Positions 1-16,662 of a DNA stretch of 64,000 bases are shown piece by piece. Under the pieces are notes generated by a model that saw only the letters and a list, made by a program, of their open reading frames with translations, searched no databases and was not told where the DNA came from. The first letter of the stretch is position 1. Every line of letters starts with the position of its first letter. The position numbers and the translations under genes are program-made. This DNA is from the human T2T-CHM13v2.0 reference genome, Homo sapiens, in assembly GCA_009914755.4 (NCBI GenBank), contig CP068257.2, positions 35,552,001 to 35,616,000 of the forward strand, read 5' to 3'.

Positions 1-90
1 TTGCAGTGAGCCAAGATTGCGCCACTGCACTCTAGCCCGGGCGACAGTGCGAGACTCTGTCTCAAAAAAAAAAAAACAAAAAACAAAAAC
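1..90 (+). repeat. Alu 3' end with A-rich tail (truncated by window edge)
   Basis: gcagtgagccaagattgcgccactgcactctagcccgggcgacagtgcgagactctgtctcaaaaaaaaaaaaa. Confidence 0.9.
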
Positions 91-2810
91 GAAGATGGCA
101 AATTATCAGTGAGCAAAAACTGGATTATTAAATACATAGGAGAAATGGATTGCCATCTAGAAAAAATCAATCTTGGTCCCTACCTCATTCCTTATACCAA
201 AATAAGTTCCAGGCAGATTAAAGATTTTAGCATAAAAAATGGACCTATAAAAGTATCCAGGAAAAAAACGGGAAAAATTTTTTGTAAGATCAGTAAACAG
301 CATGGGAAAAAAGAATGTTTATATTCATATACACATGCATGTAATGTGTATATCCTATATGCATAGCATATGTATGACAACAAATACATACACATACACA
401 TATCAAAACACAGGAGAGAAACAAGGAAAATTATGTGCAGTGTGAAACAGATAGAGAACTAATTTCCTTAACAACAAAGTTTCTATAAATCAGTAAGGAA
501 AAGATCAACAATCTGTCACAAAGATGAGAATGGATGTGAATAGACAATTCACAATGAAAGAAATACAGATGATTTTTAAACATATAAACAGATGCCCACC
601 CCACTTGAAATAGGAAAAGCAATCATTCACATTTTGAAAGATAGTGAAACTGAAATTTCTGGGAAGGCAGTTAGGAATCGATCTGCACTCATATATGTAT
701 AGAGAGACCAGTGAGCCAAGGGGATTTGTATGTTTGTTTTGTCTGTATTTGAATCAGCAGAAAATTGAATACAATCTAAACCTCCATCAATAGCGGACTA
801 GTTAAATTATGATATACCTATAAAATGAAATATCATGCTGTCATTTAAAAAGCAGTTCTATAGTTAGATATGGAATGTTTGACAAGATCAATGTCTAGTT
901 AAGTAGGAAGAAGGTCAGAGCTTGTGTTTCCTGCTGCTATTTGTACAAATAGTGTTTAGTTTTTGCTAATGATAAAATAATATATAGAGTTCTTAAATTT
1001 TTTAAATGAATAATACCAAAAATTATGAAAGAGAAATTGAAAATCATCTACCTTCCCATCACTCATGTTAATATTTTGATGTGTAGCCTTCCAGGATGTT
1101 TGAACATTTACATATAATTAAACAATAGTTTTTAAAAGATGGGATCACAGCATATATATTTTATTTGAAATTTGCAGGCTTCAATTAATATATTGTAGAC
1201 TTGTTTCCATATCAGTAAATACGATTTATAGCATCATTTTAAATGGATACTTGGTTTTCCATTTTATTAATGTGTGATCATTTATTTGACCAATTTCTTG
1301 TTGTTGAACATTTAGATTGTATCAGCTTTTTATGCTTACAGGCAGTCTTATAGTGAACATTTTGGCCTGTTTACTGTTGTTGAAGTCTTATGCTGTGCTT
1401 AGCTTTAAACCAGGTAGGCTCTGTTGTTTAATGAGTCAGTGCTTTTGACCATCAAATGAATGTTTTTATCAGTGATGGGAATGTTCACAAATGCTTTCTT
1501 AAATTAGCTGTTAGTTTTAGGACCTTGATGCTAGTATAGGTGATTGCTGGCTTCTCAACCAGTGAGAATTGCATTTGAATCCCAGCATTGCTACTTTCTC
1601 CTGGGACTTTGAGAAGTTGCATCACTTGGTTCTCTGATCTATTAAAGGCAAACATAATGTATTTCTCACAGAAGTATCGTGAAGTTTAAATGTAATAACA
1701 TAGAGGTGGCATTTAGCTTCCTGCCTGTCTCTGTTGGTAATTTGGGGCATGTAAATTCATTCACGACAGCAAGTTACTATTCACTGTGATCCTTTTGCTG
1801 AATTAAGAATTAAAATGGAGGTAACTAAAGTCTTAAACCATAAAGTTTTGCTCCTGGTTGATAGTAAGGTTGACTGTTTAATTAATTTAGTTAAGCATGG
1901 ACTCTATTTATAGTACTAAACTTTCGGTCTGAGCAGACAAAGTGGCATGCTCCAAGGCAAAAGGGCATGTATGGTCAATCTGACCATAATTCACAGTTCT
2001 CCAACTGATCATTCACAGAGTTTCAAATACTTGATTCCCTGCTTTTTTACACTTGAAAGATACTAAGGTATTGGGGGAAGGTACAGGAAATGTCAGAGCT
2101 GGACCAGGTTTGTGCCTGGGATAGATTTCTAAAGCCTGGCTGCCACAGGGAGGACAGTTACCTGCAGCTGGAGAAGCTGCCAGCATCAAACAGATGCTCT
2201 TTCAGAGTTATATGCAGTTTGAAAGGTTTTAAAAAATAATTACATAAATGACATTTATTGTTTGCCAACAGAATGGTTTCTGGGTTTGGGGTTTTTTTTG
2301 TTGTTGTTAAGCTGGTGCAAGAAATATAACTGACAATAATTCATAGATAATATTTTAATTTGTCATTTTGAAATAACCAGCAACTATTTATTTGAAACAC
2401 CTAAAAGTAAAGCCAAAGTTAAAATGTTCTGTTTATATCTAAAATATGTATAATATGTGCAGCTTTTTAAACCTAATAAATAATCGTTGGTGTTAATTGT
2501 GGAGAGTGACATTTAAATCAAACTGTTGATCTGGTATTGAACCCTTCTAAAGCAAATATTCAGAACTAATTATAGTATAGATTGGAGAATTTATGAATTT
2601 CAATAATATGAATGATTATATTTATAAAAGTGCTGGTTTTGCTAAGCAGTGTTTAGGGGTTTTTAATTCCTGAATGATTGTGACATTTCCCTTGTAAATT
2701 TTCATCTGCTTTTTACTCTCCTTTGTTTATTTTAAGAAACAGTAAAGAACAAGATCATAAGTAGGCATTTTAAATGATTTTTAATAGATTGTTTTGTAAT
2801 TCACTTTTAG

Positions 2811-2960
2811 GGGGAAATTTCACGGATTGAAAAGGAGCACCAAGTATTACAAGACCAACTTCAAGAAGTGTATGAAAATTATGAGCAGATAAAACTTAAG
2901 GGCTTAGAAGAGACCAGGGACCTGGAAGAGAAGTTGAAAAGGCACTTAGAAGAAAACAAG
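2811..2960 (+). CDS. TTC3: TTC3 coding exon (coiled-coil region)
   Basis: Acceptor ttttag|GGG at 2809-2810, donor AAG|gtaatc at 2961. Open frame GEISRIEKEHQVLQDQLQEVYENYEQIKLKGLEETRDLEEKLKRHLEENK. Phase-0 continuity with next exon. Confidence 0.7.
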
Positions 2961-3284
2961 GTAATCCTGTCTGAAACCTGTCTTTAATTGCATGTAGCAT
3001 AGTTAGGAGAATGTGAGTGTAGCTGTGCTTGTGCGGCCTCAGCTGAACTTCTGCATTGGTGGCTAAACAAAAGATTCTTTCTCAGAATCGCCTGCTTCAG
3101 ATTTCTTCATGACATATTAAAGTGGCTGTTGCCATGCTTTAGAACTTCTGCAAACTGCCTTATGAGAAAGGGGCTGTAAGTCTGGGTTTTCGTTTAGCTA
3201 TAGTTCAGTTTCCCTGGTTAACTAAAACTCTATTTTATGGTGACTGAGCTCTGAGGTAAATTCTTGTTTATATTGAGAGGCAGC

Positions 3285-3530
3285 ATAGGAATAGAGGTTC
3301 AGAATGAGAGCCCTGGAGACAGACTGGCTGGGTTCAGATCTAGGCATGGTTCTATACTAGTTCTAATCTTGGGCAATTTACTTAACTTCTCTGTGCTTTA
3401 GTTCCTTACCTGGAAAATGTGAGTAATAATAACTCACATTTTGTATGGTTAGATTAATACTTATAAAGTACTTAAAACTGCCTCGTTAGTAAGGACTCAG
3501 TAAGTATTGTCTGCTACTGTTATGATCATC
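3285..3530 (+). repeat. MIR SINE
   Basis: ...ctgggttcagatctaggc...ctaatcttgggcaatttacttaacttctctgtgctttagttccttacctggaaaatgtgagtaataataactcacattttgtatggttagattaatac... matches the MIR core. Confidence 0.75.
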
Positions 3531-5189
3531 ATCTTCATCTTACTCCTAAGGAAGTATAAGAATAACACATGGAGCCTTAGACATACTAGAACTGTAAAGT
3601 CACCCAGAGTATTTTGTTGAGATCTGCTGACCTTGAATTCTGTTAGTCAAGACTGATCATCAGATACATGGCTAGTGGAGGGATAGCAATTAGTGGCAAA
3701 GCCAGATTGAATTAGTGAGAAAATGGAATCACAGATGTGAGGAAATCATGGTGCATTTGTTTTTAAAAGCTACCATCATCTGTTTAGAAAGGTAACAAAA
3801 GAATAGTAATTCATTTAAGAAAGGAGGAATTTGTTCCAGAAGTCTGGATCAATAGCTGGGATAACATATTAAATAGAAGAAAACTAGCTTAGTGGGACCT
3901 TAATCAGGAAACCTATTTACTAAGATTTTAGTAGAAATCTTAGGGTCAGTTTGTAAAGGTAACTGTCATAACATTCCCCAGGACCTGTTTATACTCAAGA
4001 TGAGGCTGGGGAGAGTCTAAGGACAAGAAGAATTAGATAGATCCTGAGACTTTACTCAGTTTCCTGGCTGGGAGAAGTAAAGAAGAACAAAATCCTACAC
4101 AGCATAGTGACACATGGAACACAAGTTTCTATAAGCTACTTGTGGGTTTAACAAAACAAAATAGTTTTATAAACTTTATATTGCCTCAGGAAACTTCAGT
4201 TTTAATTCCCATGTGGGAATTCCTGTAGCTGCCTGTTTGAGTGATGAGGCAGATTGGAGACATAGTCTTAAAGGTAGCATTCAGCCGGTGAGATATCTTT
4301 CTTTCTGGCCGAGGCTTTCCTGGCTTTATAAATTGCTGGTCTGACTGTGTGTTCTGTGTGCACAGTTCATCAAGGCTCTTTCTTTGTACAGTCAGTCCAG
4401 AAGAGTCTCGGAAATAAAGCACCCAGTGGGAGGGCCCCAGCTCTCAGGCTTTTTTTTAACTTGTTAAGGCTTTGAGTCTGCTGTTGCGTGGCCCTACTCA
4501 AGAGTGCCTTAAAAGGGCAATTACTAAGCCCCCCAGATCACAGGCCTGATAAGTTATTAGACTTGCCACGTAAAATGTATACCTATTCCCTACCAGGATA
4601 AGTCGCTAATCTGAGTTCCTTGGGTTGGTGTCCACATAAGAGTAGATGAGATTTAGCCACAGTCATTTCTTTATTAATGGTGGTTACGCTCATAGCTCAT
4701 GGAGAAATTTCTTAAAACATAGAAAGAAATGAGTGGCTTTTCCTGATATGTCCCTTTGGCCTTTGACTGCAGATTGCTGAGGTTATGAGCTAACCAACTT
4801 TTCCTTTATACTCCAGTTACTTGATGCCATGTTTGGATGTAGCAAATGCATACCCAGCCCCTTATAGAGAACAGAAAAACAGGGAAGCTATAGAAATCTG
4901 AGTGCATTAGAGTCCCACTGCCCATACCACACCCTAGCACCTCCATGTAGTAGCTTTGTGATGTTAGACAATTTCTTCAGCCTCTTTGACCCTCGGTCTT
5001 CTCATTAATAATGTATTGTCTACTTCACAGCTTTGTGAGGCCTCACCTGGGGTGGTTGAAAAAGGACAGGGGCTAGCCAGAGATAGTAAGTACAGTACTC
5101 AAGGAGGAACTGTCCCACCCAAAATTCTGCTTGTGCCTCTGCTAAGCAAATTGTTTTTTTACAAACCACTTTAAGAATACTTAGCATAT

Positions 5190-5833
<644 letters not shown>

Positions 5834-5936
5834 GAATGCTTAGCATATACTAAGCATCAGTAAAAATCTGAGCGAGGTATTATATATAGCTGATGGGGTT
5901 CTATTATTATTCATGAGCTAAGAATGGCCTCTTTAG

Positions 5937-6353
<417 letters not shown>

Positions 6354-8895
6354 TAACCTATGACTGGCAGGTTATAACTGGTTGCAATATTGCTGAAGGA
6401 CATAGGTTCATTTTTGTTTGAGAATAAAATTCTCATAACATAAAATTTGCTGTTTTAACCATTACAAAGTATACAATTTAGTGGTTTTTTGAATATTCAC
6501 ATTATTGTGTAACCATTACCACTGTCTAATTCCAGAAAACTTTTATCACCCCAAAAAAGAAACCCCATATTTATTAATCAGTCACTCCCTATCTGCCCAG
6601 GACATATGGTCTTAAGGTGCTTTAATGAGATGCTAAAATGGGCATTGAGTCAACATTAGGTCTTAAAACACTGTCAAATTATTTGGCCCAGAATAATTTA
6701 CAGGGTAGAATTTTGGACCTTTGTCTGTATTAGAACAGAATCTTGGCCCTGCCTGCCAAAACTTCCTCAGCCCACACTGGTGCAGAGGTGGGATTCTCCT
6801 CTTCAGTCATGGGTCCTTGTCAAGTTCAGCCTTTTTTAAATCTATCATTTATGAAGCTCCTACTATGTGCCACACTCAATTGTTTTTACATGTATTTAAT
6901 CTCAAAACAGTCCTTATACAATAGTGTTATACTGTAGTACATAAATAAATCTCCATGTTACTGGTGAGGAAATGGAGGTGGGAGCAGCTGATGCAGCTTT
7001 CCCCAAGCCACACCAGTACGAAGTGGCAGAACAGGTTGTGTCAGGCTTCAGAGCCCATGCATTTGTTCTCCCTTAAGAGAAGGTCAGCTCCACGGCCTAG
7101 TTCAACTAACTGTTAGGAATGTTTCTCACCACTTTACAGCAGTGTAGGCATATCAGTTAATCACTGTCATAATAATGCTGAGTGACTCCCAGCCACAAAA
7201 CCCCAGTGACACATGACTGTAATCGCTAAGCGTAGAAGTCTGGATCAGCTGGTCCTGCTTGGGCTCGGCTGGGTCAGTTCACCTTAGGGCTAGCAAGAGC
7301 TCTGCAGCATCTTTGCTGTTCTTGCCTACATATCTGGGTTCAGCTGGCTGTAGATTGATCTAGAATGGCCTCAGCTGGGATGACTGGGACAACTAGCTCT
7401 GCTCCACATGTCTTGCATCTTCCACCCTGAAAATCCTATTCTGAAGGCAGTAGGAAGGTGCAAAGGCAAGCAAAGATGGCCACACGGCACCTTTCAAGCT
7501 TCTACTGACTTCAGGTCTGCTCAGACCCCACCGGCAAAAGCAGTCACATAGCCAGCCAGAGCCCGGGCTGGGGAAGATAGACTTTGCCTCCTTAGCGAAG
7601 GGAACTGCAAGGTCACATGATAAATGGAATGGCTAGAGTGTGAAGGATGGAGCTATGAATGCCATCCCTCCACTACAGTAGGTCAGCGCCAGTAATTTAC
7701 TAACACTCAGTAATTACCAAGAGCCTTCTGTGATTGGTGCCTGCTTCATCTTCCGCCTTCTCCCTTGCCAGTTCTCTACATTGTTCTCTAATTTAATGGA
7801 TAATGTTTGTCATTCGATTTCTCACTTCCAAACCTTTTCCCAGTACCATCCCTTCTGCCTGGAGTGGTTTTCCTTCTCCCTGAGCCTGACTCCCTCCTGC
7901 TTCTCCTTTGGGCATCACTTTCTTGAGGAAACAGTTGTTGATGGCAACCTCAGGCTTGCTTACAGGCCTTTGTTAATGCAGTGGTGGTAATAATGACTAT
8001 GTGAGATGGTAATTATCATTTTATAACATCTTTATTGAGATATAATTAACCATAGCATAACATTTACCTATTAAAAATAGACAACTTAATGGTTTTGATA
8101 TATGCCCAGGTCTGTGTGTAGCACAATCTAAGTTTCAACCATTTTCATCAACCTAAAAAGAAATCTTATACTCACTAGCTGTCACTCCCCATTCTCTCCT
8201 GTATCCCAGCCCTTGGCAACCACTGATTTACTCTCTAGATTTATCTATTCTGGGCATTTTGTATAAATGGATCATGTTACATGTAGTCTTTTATAAGTGT
8301 CTTCTTTCACCTATAGTGTTTTCAAGGTTCATCCATGTACATCCATCTATGTTAATATGTATCAGTGTGTCATTCCTTTTTACTGTGGAATAATATTCTA
8401 TTGTATGACTATATCACATTTTATTCATTCACTAGTTGATTGACATTTGCGTTCTTTCCACTTTTTCACTATTCTGAATAATGCTGCTGTGAACATTCAT
8501 GGACAGGTTTTTCTTTGGACATATGTTTTCATTTCTTTTGGATATATATGTAGGAGTGAAATTGCTGATCATATGGCAATTCCACATTTAAGCGTATGAG
8601 GAACTGCGAGCCTGTTCCAAAACCATCCTACCAGCAGTATATAAGGATTCCAGTTTCTCCATTCTCACTTACACTTATCATCGTTTGTCTTTTTATTTAG
8701 GCCTCCTAATGGGTATGGAGTGGTATCTCATTGTGGTTTTGATTTTTATTTCCCTAAAGGCTAATGATGTTGAGCATCTTTTCATATGCTTATTAGCCAT
8801 TTGTATATCTTCTTTGGAGGAATGTCTACTCAGATCCTTTATTCATTTTTGAATTGAGTTTGTCTTTCTATTATTGACTTATAAGAGTTTTTGGG

Positions 8896-9525
<630 letters not shown>

Positions 9526-10613
9526 TTCTATATTCTGGATACAAGTTGCTTATCAAATATTTGATTTGCACATATTTACTTCCATCTTCCATATTTGTAA
9601 ATGTATCTCCTGTCTCCATTTTGTGGGTTGCCTTTTCACTTTCCTAATGGTATCATTTGCAGCACAAAAGTTTTTACTTTGAGTACACTAAGTCCAATTT
9701 CTCTTATTCTTTTGTTACTTGTGCCTTTGGTGTCATAGCTAAGAAACCCGTCTACTTCAAGCGCACTGCTTACCCATTTAGGTCTGTGATCCATTTCACA
9801 TTAATTTTTCAAATAGTATGGTATAGTAATTATCTTTTATGCATATTTTCTCTACCAAACTGTGATCTTGAAAGTAAGGACTGTTTTTCATTTTGTTTGT
9901 TTTTTGAATGGGGGTCTCATTGTATTGCCAAGGTAGAACTCCTGGGCTCAAGGGATCCTCCTGCCTCAGACTCCTGAGTAGACAAGACTACAAACACATG
10001 CCACCAGCCCCAGAAGGGTGGTTTTTAAAATTATCTTTGGTTGACAGCACCTAGCTTAGTATACAAACTAGGAGCTTTGCAAATGTTTATCAAACAGTGT
10101 GTGCTTGGCCCCTGAAAAGCTGCATTTAATGAATTGTGTTTTCATGTTCTCTATCAGCCTACATCAGAGGACATCAGGCTCACATTCTGTGAAGTTTGCT
10201 GCTTTGTTTACTGCTAGTATGGAGTTGGGGATATTATCCATTCTTTCATGTGACAGATATTTCTTGAATGTTCTCTTAAGTGTCAGGCTCTGTGCTGGTC
10301 TTGTGGGGCGTTTCTGCAGCATCCTCTTCTTGAGGCCCTTCTGTCTGCCATCACTTCCAGGGCCTCTCTTGTGCAACTGGTTTGTTTTTATGTTTTATAT
10401 TGAATTGTACAGTTCATTATATTTTCTCTTTGACCTTGTCTGCCAGAAAGTTTTCATGTTATTTCTAAAGAATGGTTAGGACTGCATGCCATTCATTTTT
10501 ATATTACTCTCACTCATGGTTTTGTATTGTCATTCCTCTCTCTCTATTCTGTTTTCTTTATCTGCTTAGCATTCTTTTTATTTTGTCTTTTAAATATTTA
10601 TGTATATATTATC

Positions 10614-11073
10614 TTTTTTTTTACACCATGGAATACTATGCAGCCATAAAAAATGATGAGTTCATGTCCTTTGTAGGGACATGGATGAAACTGGAAATCA
10701 TCATTCTCAGTAAACTATCGCAAGAACAAAAAACCAAACACTGCATATTCTCACTCATAGGTGGGAATTGAACAATGAGATCACATGGACACAGGAAGGG
10801 GAATATCACACTCTGGGGACTGTTGTGGGGTGGGGGGAGGGGGGAGGGATAGCATTGGGAGATATACCTAATGCTAGATGACGAGTTAGTGGGTGCAGTG
10901 CACCAGCATGGCACATGTATACATATGTAACTAACCTGCACAATGTGCACATGTACCCTAAAACTTAAAGTATAATAAAAAAAAATGGCTTTATAAGGAG
11001 AAAAAAAAAAGAATGTTTTAATTTCAGTAAGAATGAAACAATAAAACTTTAGAAAATGTAAAAAAAAAAAAAT
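10614..11073 (+). mobile_element. 5'-truncated L1 copy (ORF2 C-terminus plus 3'UTR) with an apparent ~85-bp 3' transduction, flanked by a 23-bp TSD
   Basis: L1 ORF2 tail (…MEYYAAIKNDEFMSFVGTWMKLEIIILSKLSQEQKTKH.IFSLIGGN) and 3'UTR ending in poly(A) at ~10977-10986. Then unique sequence with AATAAA and a second poly(A) (10987-11073). TSD taaatatttatgtatatattatc at 10591-10613 and 11074-11096. Confidence 0.8.
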
Positions 11074-12989
11074 TAAATATTTATGTATATATTATCAAAG
11101 GTACCTCAAATATTTATTTTAGAACAACACTGAGGTTTAATAAAAAAGATAAGTTTTTTCCTAATTGAGAAAAAGAAATTGTTTATAGTTATGTCAATAA
11201 ACTGTAATATAGCAGATACAGTTGTGTATAGCCTATTTGTTTTATGCTAAGTTTGAAAGAAAAACGTTCAGGAGATCATTCTGTCTTCCATGCAGTCAGA
11301 AACAAGCTCGTGATAGCTGACCTGTTTAGCATTGTGAGGCAGCTATGGCATTCAGCAGTGGTTAGTACAAACAGAAGATGAACTCATGTGGTATTTTCGT
11401 TGCCTGAGCTATATGTGTATGTATGTGCACATATGTTTATAATACTTTGTGCTTCTTGATACTTGAACTCCCTTAGGTACTTGTTGCCAACTAGGTTCTT
11501 ATGCCTCAGCATAACCTTGTGGTTGCACATAATCTCCCAGCCAAAGGGATGGATCCCAGGTGAGATCATTGGCTCAGAATAGGAGCACAGGATAGGTGAG
11601 AAACAAGATTGGCTTGGCTGCCAGCAGCAAGGCATACAAATTCACATTGGTCCTGGTAGAACCGAACCAGGTGGAACACAGGATTCTTAAGTAGAGTAGG
11701 CATGGTGGTCACCTCAGTCACAGTAATGACTCAAGAAATTCAGGATCAACAAGGTTGCAGCTAAGAAGATGTGGGAAGAACTGGTTCCTATGTTAAAGGG
11801 AACATTACTGAGCTGTTGTTCAATTTTTGCCACCTAAGAACAGTTGTCCTGTGCCAAAATCAACCTTATCCCTGCTGTAGGATTCAGAAATCTTAAAGGA
11901 CCTTGACTGGTTAGCAAATCTGCCTTTAAAAAACATGAAAACCTTGGTGTCTAAGGCTGAAGAGGGAGTAGTGGTCTCTTAAGTTGATAGAGCTTTTGAC
12001 CTGAGGGCCATGATTTCCTATGGAATCCATGTAGGTTGACTTTAGTGTCCTTTCTTACAGAGAAGACCTCGAGTTTCTATAGCTGAAATGACCTACGTGT
12101 GCTCTAAGCCTAAGCAGGAAGTTCAGGCTGTAGGGAACCTGATAGGAAGTAAAAAATTAAAAGTTTCCCTAAAGCAAATGTGAAGTTAGGATTTCATTAA
12201 GCCGTCATTGATAATAGTGAGATTTTAAACTAGAAAATATTTGTTTCCTTTAAATATTGCTTTGATTCACGTTTAAATTAATTATTAGAAATATTAACAT
12301 AGGGAATGTTTTACTTATAAGTGACTGGTATTTATAAGCATGTGCCCCACCCAAACCCCTTGCTACAATTAAATAGATGATACTTCAAAAAAGACATCAA
12401 ACCTTTAGAGAATGTGTAGATTCAGAAGTTTCAAACCAGCAACTACATAGGAAGTTGACAAAGAGGGTTAGGTGTCAAGTGGTGCTGTACCAAACCCTCC
12501 AGGGGAACGGTAACTAGCATTGTCTCCAAAGAGGTTTTCATTTCTCTTTGTCACACTGCCTGAAATTCTGGCAGGTATCTCAACCCAAATGCCTTTAATG
12601 ACCAGCAAGAGGATTACATTTATATTTATAAAAGCAAACAAAAACTATTGGCCTTGCCAACTAAAACATGCATACACTCCCTGTAGATTAGAGAATCATT
12701 TAGGCTGGAGAGTAAGTGTGAACACTTCTGGGCACGTCGGAGTGGTTCTTCGGGGTGTCTTACTGTAATCAGGTACACGTAGCGGGTAGGATGTGGCTGT
12801 CTGGTGTGACTTGGTGTCCCAGGCTTGGCTGGGGGGCATAGTCTGCCACAGGGCGCCAGCTTGGGAGTGTGTTCCACTGAACTTAGGTCATTGTTTAAGC
12901 TATGGCACCGTCACAATTCTAGCCTTTCAGTCTCTTTTGTTAAAAAGTATATTTTGCCATTTATTTAAGTACTTTCTAAATGTTTTTAG

Positions 12990-13129
12990 ATCTCAAAGAC
13001 GGAATTAGATTGGTTCCTTCAAGATTTGGAAAGAGAAATTAAAAAATGGCAACAGGAAAAAAAAGAAATCCAAGAAAGACTAAAATCACTGAAGAAGAAA
13101 ATTAAAAAGGTTTCAAATGCCAGTGAAAT
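12990..13129 (+). CDS. TTC3: TTC3 coding exon
   Basis: Acceptor tgtttttag|ATC, donor GAAAT|gtaagt. Frame ISKTELDWFLQDLEREIKKWQQEKKEIQERLKSLKKKIKKVSNASE(I). 140 bp, leaves phase 2, completed by next exon. Confidence 0.7.
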
Positions 13130-14668
13130 GTAAGTAATGATTGAAAGGCAGTAATTTTTATTTAAAAAAAAATATTGTGGCTTTTGGTTATTTTCACATT
13201 TTTGATATTTAATATTAAACTACATCAAGTAAAGTAAAAATGAATACTGTTTTCATTGTTTTGTCTCATTTAAAAAAGTATTCATTGAGTAATTATCTCA
13301 CCTGAATTTTTTTCTAAACTTAACATTTTTTCAGATAAATTATATAAAAGTGAGAGTAGCATGGAACTGAGAATCCCCAAGGAACTGACTTCCTTCCAGT
13401 TTGAACACCATCCCTTTCTCTGGCCCTCTTTTTTCTTATCAGCAAAACATGGGGGCTGGTCTAAAATCTAAGGTTCTTTTCAAAAGTAAGATTCTGTGAT
13501 GATTATTTATAATTACTTTTATCCTGAATCTATAAATTATTAAAATTTGTCTTGTAGTGTGAACGATTTGATAACATATACAGATCCTAGGAATGATTGT
13601 CAGGTGGGCCAAGAGTGTGTTTTAAGATTCTCTGTGATCCATCCCTAACCTCCCTCTGCTCTTAACAGTGATAGGTCAAATTCTTCAGCTTGTTTTCTAC
13701 CACTGTGTAAGAAAACACCCAAAAGTCAGTTTCTTTATTAGCAGCCATTGTATTTGCTCATGGTCCTGCAATCTGGGCTGAGTTCAGCTGGGCCATTCTT
13801 CTGCTGGTCTTGCCAGGAGTCCTCATGTGGCTGAATTTAGCTGGGTGATGACTGGGGGTGGCCTCAGCTGGGATGCTGGGGTGGCTTGGCCTCACTTTCT
13901 CTCTGTGTAGCCTCTCTGTGATTTTTATTTATGTGGTCCTTCCATATGATCTCTATTATGATAGCCAGACTTCTTACATGGTAGCTAAGGACTTCAAATG
14001 GTGCAGAAGTGGAAGCCACTAGGCCTCCTGAAGGTTCAGGCCCAGAACTGTCACAGCATCATCTCTGCTACCTTTTATTCCTTAAAACAAGTCATAGGCT
14101 TGGTCCAGATTCAAGGGCATGAATAATGGGAGGCTGGGTTCACTGGGGGGCCACGCTACACACTCACCTTTCAAGGGCTTTTGTGTTTTTCCATGCCGCA
14201 TGCCATATGATCAGATGACTTTCATTATGAGTCTTGCTAGCATTACATTTAGGCAGTCCTCAAACAATGAGGAAAAGTAAAACACTGCCTCAGAATTTTC
14301 ACTCCCTGTGTCATGTCATTTTGATGATCAAAGTAGCTTCACTAGTAGAACACACTTACGGAAACAATAATGTCTGTAAAGCTTTTTACCTCTAATATTT
14401 GAGCATGACCAGTCTTGGTCATTTTGTTACTAAAAAGTGTGGAAATATTTATATTTAACATACTTTTTTTGTTCAATTCAGACATACTGTCAAACTAGAC
14501 AAGGTAACTAGAGGCTGTTAATGATAAGAAATTTTTTTTCTGTACTAGCATAAAAGTTAATTTCTGCTGGAGAATAAACTTTTTATTGTTGACTTTTTTC
14601 CATTTTATTATTAGATTTCTTTACCTTTCCTGTCACAATTTAAAGATAAGCCACACGCTTCTCTCTAA

Positions 14669-15034
<366 letters not shown>

Positions 15035-16662
15035 TAGATTTTTAAGTAAAATATTTAAACTTTTTGGATCTCTTTCTCAGAGATGCACAAGGGACATGAA
15101 AAATGATTTCTTGGATGTTTCTGTGCTCTTGATCACACTTAGTATTCGTTAAGAAATGACTAGAACATAGAGCTCATGATTGGTACAGTGACACAAACCA
15201 CAGATGGCTATGAAAGAAGGCAGGGCTTCCATGAGAGTGTCAGAGTGTCACCCAGTATTTGTCTATTTAGAGGAGGGAGGAAGTGTTTTACAAAAGAAGT
15301 AAAATAATAGTTAAACTGGCTTGTATTAGAAACAAGCGGCTTTAGTAAACAGAGATGACTGCAAAGGTATCTCAGGGTAGCATGAAAGAAGAGGCAGAAC
15401 CCGCCTTGTGCAGGGCATGGCTCAAGAATCGGAGATTCACACACTTGTTTTGAAGGATTATCAGAGAATGTGAGTGTGTGTGTGCGTGCGCACCCGCGTG
15501 TGTGCATGAATGCTTGTTTTGACTTTAAGTTCTGTTTTAAAGAGTAGAAGGCTGTTTTCATTTTGAATGAGAATCCACATCTTCTCATTTTGAATAAGAA
15601 TCTCTGGTTACACTGATGATGATGCCGCAGTACCTGTGTTCTCTGCTTGAGCTGCACATCTTAGACTGAGATAGGGTGATTTACCTGTAAGCATATGACT
15701 TAGAGTGAAGAAAAAGGTGATCTGGAAGGAAAATTTCCCAAAAGGGAAATGACCTCAAATTATTTTCCTATTTAGAAGATACTAAAAATGAAACAAAATG
15801 TAAAAATATATATATTAAAAAATCAAGAAATGTTTTTAAGGATATGGGTGCAATTTACTGTGTGGGGGTCCTGTTAAAAATTTTTCAAAATTAATTAATA
15901 TTTGGTGATTATGCTTTTATAGGTATACCCAGAAAAATGATGGAAAGGAAAAGGAACATGAATTACATCTGGATCAGTCCCTTGAAATCAGGCAAATTAA
16001 GCTTAAATTTATTTTTAATATATTTTAATACTTTTAATGCCAGGAGTACAAGCACAGTAGACTTTGAAATATATTGTTGCTTGTCTATTTCTTTTAAATA
16101 ATTATGTTTCTGTTTTCTTTATTTCTATTTCTGTTGCATTTTAAAAATTAATTTATAAATATATTCTTTGAATATTTAAATATTTTTATTTTACAAGATT
16201 TCTGCATTTATTTCCCATTGTCAATATAAAAATACTGAATTTATTGTTGTCAACTTTTTTTGGATTAACTTGAAACTATAAACATGTTGTAAAAACTTTT
16301 CTTTTGTGTTACTTGGAATATTCGTCTCCACTGTAGGCTGGTAGTTTGTTGCTGTTATTGCTTTATAATTATAGGTTCATTAAATTTTTACTATGAATCT
16401 ATGCAAAGTTTCCTTTTAACCCTTGCTTGCTAATGGAAATAATATGTTTTCACATACTGCTAACCAGTACATTCAGTGATAAGCAGTTGCATTCTGCTTT
16501 TCTCACTATTGTTTCTTACGCACATTCCCATCCCGGTTTTTGAATAATTTTGTACAGATTTCTTTTTCCCTTTGGGTTCTGTCCTTGTAATATGCGTCAA
16601 AACAGAGTTTCTGGCTCAAAGGATAGGGAATGTTTTATAAAGCTTACTTTTTAAAATTTTTA

